A stretch of 3,453 nt of DNA from Naegleria gruberi (taxonomy: Eukaryota): assembly GCA_000004985.1 (NCBI GenBank), contig GG739226.1. One strand, written 5' to 3'. Below, in pieces: positions 1 through 3,453 of this stretch. Within the stretch, counting starts at the first letter, position 1; each line of letters starts with the position of its first letter. The position numbers were made by a program, and so were the translations under genes. The notes below the pieces were generated by a model. The model ran no database searches. It was not told where the DNA came from and saw only the letters and a list, made by a program, of their open reading frames with translations.

Positions 1-103
1 GTTGGGTTGACTAAGAATTGGTTATTTACTCGCCCAAATTAAATTTCCAAATCATGTAACTTTCCCATGTATTAGTAAATATCAAATTAATAATAAATTT
101 CAC

Positions 104-129
104 TTTTTTTTTAATTTTTTATATAAGGC
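104..129. promoter_or_regulatory. Poly(dA:dT) tract (T9 AA T6) followed directly by the consensus TATA element TATATAAG.
   Basis: The sequence 104-129 is tttttttttaattttttatataagg. A second TATATAAA lies at 216-223 and a T7 run at 144-150. In yeast promoters these are typical nucleosome-depleted-region and TATA signals. The orientation and target gene cannot be determined from this window. Most likely they serve a gene beyond the left edge. Confidence 0.3.
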
Positions 130-349
130 AGTCCTTAACACTCTTTTTTTCCCTTAATTCTAAATAACTCTTGGATCAGATGACGAAACCTGAATTTTTT
201 GAATAATTATGGATATATATAAATAATGACAATGCTACTAACTGTAATTGACATGTTTTATTATTTGCGAATAAACTTGAAACAAATCTATTCAAAGATT
301 TGCTAATTTGTTAGTTGAAATTACAAAATCAAACAATGAAACTTGATCT

Positions 350-527
350 GGTAACATATATAAATGCACACATCGAGTGGGGAAAGTTTCATGAAATAAT
401 AATGTGAAATTTGATCTTGGGAATGAAATCGTTAAGAACAAGTAGATTAAAGCCAACAACAAATGGAATAGCCTATTTTATTCAATTCATATTAGAACAA
501 TTTTAGAATGTTACTGTGTTATTGAGC
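350..527 (-). terminator. 3' UTR and probable polyadenylation region of gene 1.
   Basis: On the minus strand, AATAAAAT (from +472-483) lies about 50 nt downstream of the TAA. TTTATATATG (from +355-364) is a yeast-type TATATA efficiency element about 170 nt downstream. No ORF occurs here. Confidence 0.4.
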
Positions 528-1157
528 TTAATATAATTTAGACTTCAAATGTAACATTTCCATCATCTTTTGCAAGCCTTTGGATTGAATTTCTTGTAGA
601 CGAGGATAGTTACGAGAGTTGTGAATGACAGATTCAAATCGAGCCATCAAAACTTGAACTCTATTCAACAACGCCTCATTGGAAGAGTAATGACGAAGTG
701 TTTTGGTTGAGACAAAACTTATGACATCTCCATCGGATAGTCTATCACCAACTTCGTAGTTACGTCTAATCTCCTTGATAGTAGTTAGACCCCAATGTTT
801 ACCAGTGAAATCCTCATCAGCGGATTCCTCATCAAGGTCTTCATCAAGTTGATTAGCTTGTTGCAGAATAGGAGGAACAGCTTCAAGATGCTTTATTCTC
901 TCACCCAAAGAAGTGATGGCGTTGAAAATAGCATCAAGGTTCTTTTCAGAACCAGCTTGGTTGTTATCCAAGGTTTTGCTTGTTGGGTCAACCACAGAGG
1001 GGAGTGAAGCTGAGCTACCATTGTCAGTTACTAGGATGTAACCTGACTTGTAGGTAGAAGTTGAAGATTTGCTTACTGAAACTCTTTGACGAATGTTGGA
1101 GATATTCGCTTTGCTTGGTGTTTGAACCATTTCAATATACTTAATTTTTTTGAGCAT
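528..1157 (-). CDS. Small hydrophilic protein of unknown function, paralog A of a tandem family. It is 209 aa from the first ATG (MLKKIKYIEMVQTPS…) and 199 aa if translation starts at the conserved internal ATG at 1130 (MVQTPSKANIS…). It has a Ser/Thr-rich N-terminal half, an acidic stretch (DEDLDEESADEDF) and a C-terminal approx. 85-aa extension that the paralog lacks. Stop is TAA at 528-530.
   Basis: This is the longest ORF in the window. The track's listed start at 1172 is a TTG, which is not used in eukaryotes. The first ATG is at 1155-1157 with a poor -3 T context. The second in-frame ATG at 1128-1130 has a gaaATGG context and aligns with the start of gene 2. Codon usage is yeast-optimal (GGT 7 of 9 Gly, AGA, TTG, TCT, CAA). 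The overlapping +strand ORF 795..1007 is an antisense shadow. Protein- and DNA-level homology to gene 2 supports that this is a real gene. Confidence 0.75.
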   Translation of the reverse strand: MLKKIKYIEMVQTPSKANISNIRQRVSVSKSSTSTYKSGYILVTDNGSSASLPSVVDPTSKTLDNNQAGSEKNLDAIFNAITSLGERIKHLEAVPPILQQANQLDEDLDEESADEDFTGKHWGLTTIKEIRRNYEVGDRLSDGDVISFVSTKTLRHYSSNEALLNRVQVLMARFESVIHNSRNYPRLQEIQSKGLQKMMEMLHLKSKLY

Positions 1158-1290
1158 AAAATTATTTATCAACTCAATTTTATTGTTTACAATTTGTCGA
1201 AATGCTAACGTTGCATCGTTCCTCGCAACTCTACATTATTGAATCTTCTGTAGCCTTGTTGATTGTTGGATTGATAAGTATTACCTTGTC
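1131..1290 (-). promoter_or_regulatory. 5' leader and proximal promoter block of gene 1, homologous to the block upstream of gene 2.
   Basis: On the minus strand the block reads …attgtaaacaataaaattgagttgataaataatttt ATGCTCAAAAAAATTAAGTATATTGAA ATGG. This matches gene 2's upstream …attgtaaacttaataaaatataagttgagtatttttcc ATGCTCAAAAAATTATCACA ATGG. Further upstream, the +strand sequence cgttcctcgcaactctacattattgaatcttc…gataagtatta matches cacttcgctcagaattagacattttgaa…gttcttc…cgatgtatta. No TATA consensus is visible in this block. Confidence 0.6.
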
Positions 1291-1465
1291 CTTGGTTGAA
1301 GTTGTTGTAGTTGTAGCCAGCTTGTCTAGTATTGTATCTAGTGAGGAACTTACGAAAATTAAGGGTTCTGCTAGCCCATTTGCTGACTTTTTCAATAGTT
1401 TCTGTGTTTGAATGGGCATTAAAAATGACTTTGAAGCAGCTGAAAACTTCTCTAACAGCTACAAA
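1208..1465 (-). other. An 86-codon stop-to-stop open frame with no start codon. It encodes a Q/N/Y/G-rich, prion-like peptide: …FVAVREVFSCFKVIFNAHSNTETIEKVSKWASRTLNFRKFLTRYNTRQAGYNYNNFNQGQGNTYQSNNQQGYRRFNNVELRGTMQR*. It may be a 5'-truncated gene relic, an unrecognised exon, or an emerging ORF.
   Basis: The frame runs from TGA at 1466-1468 to TAG at 1205-1207 on the minus strand. Its only in-frame ATG is three codons before the stop. Codons are strongly yeast-optimal: CAA 5 vs CAG 0, AAC 6 vs AAT 4, TAC 3 vs TAT 1, all five Arg as AGA, and TTC. The listed 62-aa minus ORF (1231..1419, with rare codons CCC/GGG/CTA/ATA) and the 69-aa +strand hydrophobic ORF (1202..1411) are other frames of the same DNA. 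The homologous stretch upstream of gene 2 has stops in all frames. Confidence 0.3.
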
Positions 1466-1535
1466 TCAGGAGGTTCACTTAACCAAATCACCTCCAAACA
1501 ACAAGAGAAGACGATTAAATCTGCTGAAAAAGTAA

Positions 1536-1624
1536 AAACAGCAGAAGATTAGATTTAACTCAGAAATATTCTAAATAAATTCAAATCCTTGAAGAATAAG
1601 TGGTAAATCAAGAATATCACTCTC
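1536..1624 (-). terminator. 3' UTR and probable 3'-end formation region of gene 2.
   Basis: The region immediately downstream of the TGA is AT-rich, with TATTTAGAATATTT on the minus strand. It retains coding-like similarity (GATTTGAAT) to the C-terminal extension that is still coding in gene 1. That fits gene 2 being truncated by a premature stop. Confidence 0.3.
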
Positions 1625-2029
1625 TCAAACGCTTGCAGATTTCAATGACTCACCAAACATTCTTTGGTAAGAGTCGATGATGTGGTTTTTAAACCAATCA
1701 TCTAGTTCATCAGCAACTCTTGCTCTTTTACCAGAAACCTCTTCAGATGGGTTGGACTCAAACAATTCCATCGAAGAAGCGAGAGCAGAAGCACCTTGTG
1801 AACCCACCTTGGCGTTGTTTGAGTCTTTGCCAGGTGATATCTTTTGTTGATTGTTCTTCTTGTTCTTCTTTGTGTCTTGAACAGGAGGAGGTGAAGGCAT
1901 AGCAGAACCATCAGAAGAATTTGAGGTGGAAGGAGTTAAAACAATGACTCGTTGCTCGCTACCTGCAGAAGGTGAGCTAAGGTCTTTCGTTTTCTTGTTG
2001 TTCTTTGGTGTAGTTGGTGTTGGGGCCAT
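1625..2029 (-). CDS. Small protein of 134 aa, paralog B of the same family. It begins MAPTPTTPKNNKKTKD…, has an S/T-P-rich and K/N-rich low-complexity N-terminal two-thirds with NLS-like basic clusters, and ends …KRARVADELDDWFKNHIIDSYQRMFGESLKSASV. Stop is TGA at 1625-1627. It is C-terminally truncated relative to gene 1.
   Basis: The ORF has an ATG at 2027-2029 and an in-frame upstream stop at 2060-2062. Codon usage is yeast-preferred (AAG, AAC, CAA, GGT, TCT, AGA). Several segments align with gene 1: MAPTPTTPK/MVQTPSKA; SDGSAMPSPPPVQDTKK/GSSASLPSVVDPTSK; DSNNAKVGSQ/DNNQAGSE; ADELDDWFKNH/ADEDFTGKHWG; IDSYQRMFGESLKSASV/IKEIRRNYEVGDRLSDGDV. The shadow ORFs 1702..1911(-) and 1720..1902(+) overlap it. 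Confidence 0.72.
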   Translation of the reverse strand: MAPTPTTPKNNKKTKDLSSPSAGSEQRVIVLTPSTSNSSDGSAMPSPPPVQDTKKNKKNNQQKISPGKDSNNAKVGSQGASALASSMELFESNPSEEVSGKRARVADELDDWFKNHIIDSYQRMFGESLKSASV

Positions 2030-2187
2030 TGTGATAATTTTTTGAGCATGGAAAAATACTCAACTTATATTTTATTAAGTTTACAATGAAAACAAGTCCA
2101 TTCTTCACTTCGCTCAGAATTAGACATTTTGAAAAATGTTCTTCATTAACCAAATTAACTCCTGTTCGATGTATTAGGAAGAAATGT
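2030..2187 (-). promoter_or_regulatory. 5' leader and proximal promoter block of gene 2. It contains a conserved uATG at 2049..2047 and a weak TATA-like AATATAAG about 40 nt upstream of the ATG.
   Basis: Homology to 1131..1290 is described in that feature. The upstream ATGCTC… opens a 38-codon uORF that is out of frame with the main start and overlaps it. The block ends inside the left arm of the 19-bp inverted repeat. Confidence 0.6.
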
Positions 2188-2216
2188 AGATTCTCAAACA
2201 TTTCTTCCTAATACAT
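2169..2216. repeat. Perfect 19-bp inverted repeat (hairpin) in the gene 2 upstream region. The arms are atgtattaggaagaaatgt (2169-2187) and acatttcttcctaatacat (2198-2216), separated by a 10-nt loop agattctcaa. It lies about 140-190 bp upstream of the gene 2 ATG.
   Basis: The base-by-base reverse complement matches 19 of 19 positions. The left arm corresponds to the gene 1 region gataagtattacc, which is only weakly similar, so the palindrome is specific to the gene 2 copy. Confidence 0.9.
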
Positions 2217-2255
2217 ATCCTCCAGTAAGCAATTGCCCAGACGTTTCACTGTTTG

Positions 2256-2273
2256 GTACATTAGGAAGATTTG
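2256..2273 (+). repeat. Third copy of the hairpin-arm motif: gtacATTAGGAAGAtttg.
   Basis: The 10-nt core ATTAGGAAGA is identical to 2173-2182 and to the reverse complement of 2204-2213. That gives three copies within about 105 bp in the gene 2 promoter. Confidence 0.8.
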
Positions 2274-2485
2274 TTGAGAAAGGCTAAACAAATGAACATT
2301 ATTATTGGTAAGAAGAGAAAGAATGAGAAGACTTTGATATAAGGATTTGGTAAAAACAATACAAAAATTATGCACTCGAGTGGCATTGTTAGGTAAAGAT
2401 ATACATTTCTTTTGTATTATCAAACTTTCTTGAACTACAAAACAAAATTAAAACAGTACAACTCAAAAAAGTACTTACAAAATTG

Positions 2486-2510
2486 TATTTCAAATATTTC
2501 AAATATTTCA
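2486..2510. repeat. Short tandem repeat with a 9-bp unit: tatttcaaa × 2.8.
   Basis: The sequence is tatttcaaa tatttcaaa tatttca, within an AT-rich spacer. Confidence 0.7.
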
Positions 2511-2714
2511 CACACATGAAATTCAATACAATGCACGTATTGATTGATCATGTTGATTATTGTTAATTTGTTTTTTTTGTATGATTAAAATGAAAGTCTT
2601 GTTATTTCTATTTATTCCATTTCGTTTGTTCATTTGTTGCCTATTATATTACATCAAATCACAAATCTCATTCACAATAAATCAAGTTGTTTTTTATTTG
2701 GAGAAATTGAATTC

Positions 2715-2850
2715 ACCATGATCGGATTTGGTGAAAAATGAGGTTGACTGAAACTTACAAAGTTAGGACCAGACATTAATGGAAGGTGTTTTGTGTGAAA
2801 GTGGATGGAGGAACTTGATGTTGAAGTATCATTATGTCACTCATCAAATT
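2715..2850 (-). pseudogene. Degenerate relic of a third family member (internal fragment, frame destroyed).
   Basis: This interval is a local GC-richer island (about 60% AT, against about 78% in its flanks). Its minus strand aligns to the internal coding DNA of gene 1. One match is gttcctccatcc…caaaac against GTTCCTCCTATTCTGCAACAAGCTAAT (V-P-P…Q…N). Another is ggtcctaactttgtaag against GGTCTAACTACTATCAAG (GLTTIK). A third is gtaagtttcagtcaacc…ccgatcat against ATAAGTTTTGTCTCAACC…TTCGTCAT. There are two deletions (the acidic stretch and about 45 nt) and several in-frame stops. Its position is about one repeat period (roughly 0.9-1 kb) beyond gene 2. Confidence 0.4.
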
Positions 2851-3453
2851 GCATGTGGATAGGAGTGAATTGAACTCATAAATGTCCTGAAATACATGTT
2901 CCTTTTCTATAATTACAAATTACATTAGTTTGATTCGTAAAAATTTCAAAACATTAAATGAGTTCAGAACCAAACCTACACCTCTGGTTAGAATTACTAG
3001 TTAGAAATATTAAATTGAGAGAATATTACTAGGAATCTATCTTCTTCTAATGAATATTTCTTATCCCTTATTTATTGAATATAATAGTAAAGTATCACAA
3101 ATATTAAAAGTAAAATATCCAATAGTGAAAATTACAGTAAAAGATAATAATCTGGTAGAGAATGGATAAATGACATGCTATTCGTGATGTTTCAGTGAGA
3201 GACAATGTCTACATCATGAGAAAAACAATAAAAACATGAAAATATCACCATTATTTTCACAAATTATGCTACAAGACTCTAAATTATAAATTTAATAACA
3301 TAATAAGCATTATGAATTGTTGTTTGATTTGTAATTGAGCTATGAATTCACTCTGGTAGCATCAAATATCGGAACTTGGTAAATTGACAACATGACGAAA
3401 ATCTGATATTAAATATGATGTTTATTATCTATTTAAATAGTACTAAAAGATAT

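Noticed and set aside
795-1007. Plus-strand 70-aa ORF inside gene 1. The same applies to 1702..1911(-) and 1720..1902(+) inside gene 2.
   Set aside because: These are antisense or alternate-frame shadows of the real CDSs. Yeast-preferred codons reverse-complement into other common codons. They have no independent support.
1158-1172. The track begins the 214-aa ORF at 1172 (MINNF…).
   Set aside because: The codon at 1170-1172 is TTG, not ATG. Eukaryotic nuclear genes do not start at TTG. The first real ATG is at 1155-1157.
1202-1411. Plus-strand 69-aa hydrophobic ORF (looks like a single transmembrane micropeptide).
   Set aside because: Its L/V/I richness is the expected antisense image of a Q/N-rich frame (CAA/AAC become TTG/GTT). 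It uses GTA, AGT and ACG frequently. The opposite-strand Q/N frame has far better codon usage.
1524-1653. Putative 130-nt intron in gene 2, with GTGAGT at 1653-1648, a CTAAT branch point and tttttCAG at 1524.
   Set aside because: The unspliced C-terminus (GESLKSASV) aligns with the gene 1 sequence GDRLSDGDV. The spliced product would add an implausible tail (ADLIVFSCCLEVIWLSEPPDL). There is no TACTAAC.
2112-2176. tRNA-like boxes: GCTCAG at 2112 (an A-box) and GTTCGAT at 2164 (a B-box).
   Set aside because: The T-stem and acceptor stem do not pair (tcctg against tatta), and there is no cloverleaf. The B-box-like sequence is simply the flank of the palindrome.
2373-2382. 10-bp perfect palindrome CACTCGAGTG. 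A similar string ATGCACACATCGAGTGG occurs at 363-380.
   Set aside because: About three 10-bp palindromes are expected by chance in 3.4 kb. The two similar strings are not at equivalent positions in the repeat units.
1977-2423. Minus-strand ORFs 1977..2201 (74 aa) and 2208..2423 (71 aa).
   Set aside because: They lie in the AT-rich gene 2 promoter and are full of rare codons (ATA, AAT, TTA). The first overlaps the gene 2 start in another frame and would need a non-ATG start. They look like chance open frames.
2842-2847. A C-box-like TGATGA on the minus strand, suggesting a C/D snoRNA.
   Set aside because: No CTGA D box or terminal stem is found at a suitable distance on that strand. The motif lies inside the pseudogene-relic alignment.
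2958-2985. Plus-strand ATGAGTTCAGAACCAAACCTACACC resembles the family start (ATGGTTCAAACACCAAGC or ATGGCCCCAACACCAACTACACC) in inverted orientation.
   Set aside because: Identity is only about 55-60% over 24 nt of low-complexity CA-rich sequence. The orientation conflicts with the relic copy and no downstream ORF follows. It is probably chance.
3369-3374. TCGGAA, reading TTCCGA on the minus strand, resembles the CDEIII core of a point centromere.
   Set aside because: The CDEIII flanks do not match. There is no RTCACRTG CDEI at the required spacing of about 80 bp, and the candidate CDEII is only about 20 bp long.
1-3453. Prokaryotic-style features (RBS, operons, CRISPR, IS elements).
   Set aside because: Composition, codon usage, poly(dA:dT) tracts, TATA and AATAAA elements, and isolated short genes with long AT-rich spacers all indicate a yeast-like eukaryotic chromosome. 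No direct-repeat/spacer array or transposase ORF is present.

Overview
This window looks like AT-rich eukaryotic nuclear DNA with budding-yeast (Saccharomycotina) codon usage: AGA, TTG, GGT, TCT, CAA and AAC are preferred, and intergenic DNA is about 70-80% AT. It shows no prokaryotic, CRISPR, tRNA or rRNA features. The main content is a tandem, same-strand (minus) array of a small lineage-specific protein gene family. Gene 1 (528..1157, with a conserved internal start at 1130) and gene 2 (1625..2029) are diverged paralogs. Their N-termini align (MVQTPSKA vs MAPTPTTPK), and so does a short block near the gene 2 C-terminus (…ADELDDWFKNH… vs …ADEDFTGKHWG…). They also share a roughly 130-150 bp homologous block immediately upstream of each start. 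That block contains a conserved upstream ATG, ATGCTCAAAAAA(A)TTA, which is in frame in gene 1 and out of frame in gene 2. Gene 2 is a 3'-truncated paralog whose 3' UTR still carries decayed coding similarity to gene 1. A third, degenerate copy (a pseudogene relic, roughly 2715..2850 on the minus strand) lies one repeat period further right. Gene 2's upstream region has acquired a perfect 19-bp inverted repeat (2169..2216) built from a motif, ATTAGGAAGA, that also occurs a third time 70 bp away. Between the two intact genes sits an 86-codon open frame with no start codon and strongly yeast-optimal codons. It encodes a Q/N/Y/G-rich, prion-like peptide and corresponds to non-coding DNA in the gene 2 copy. 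I could not assign a known function or gene name to any product.
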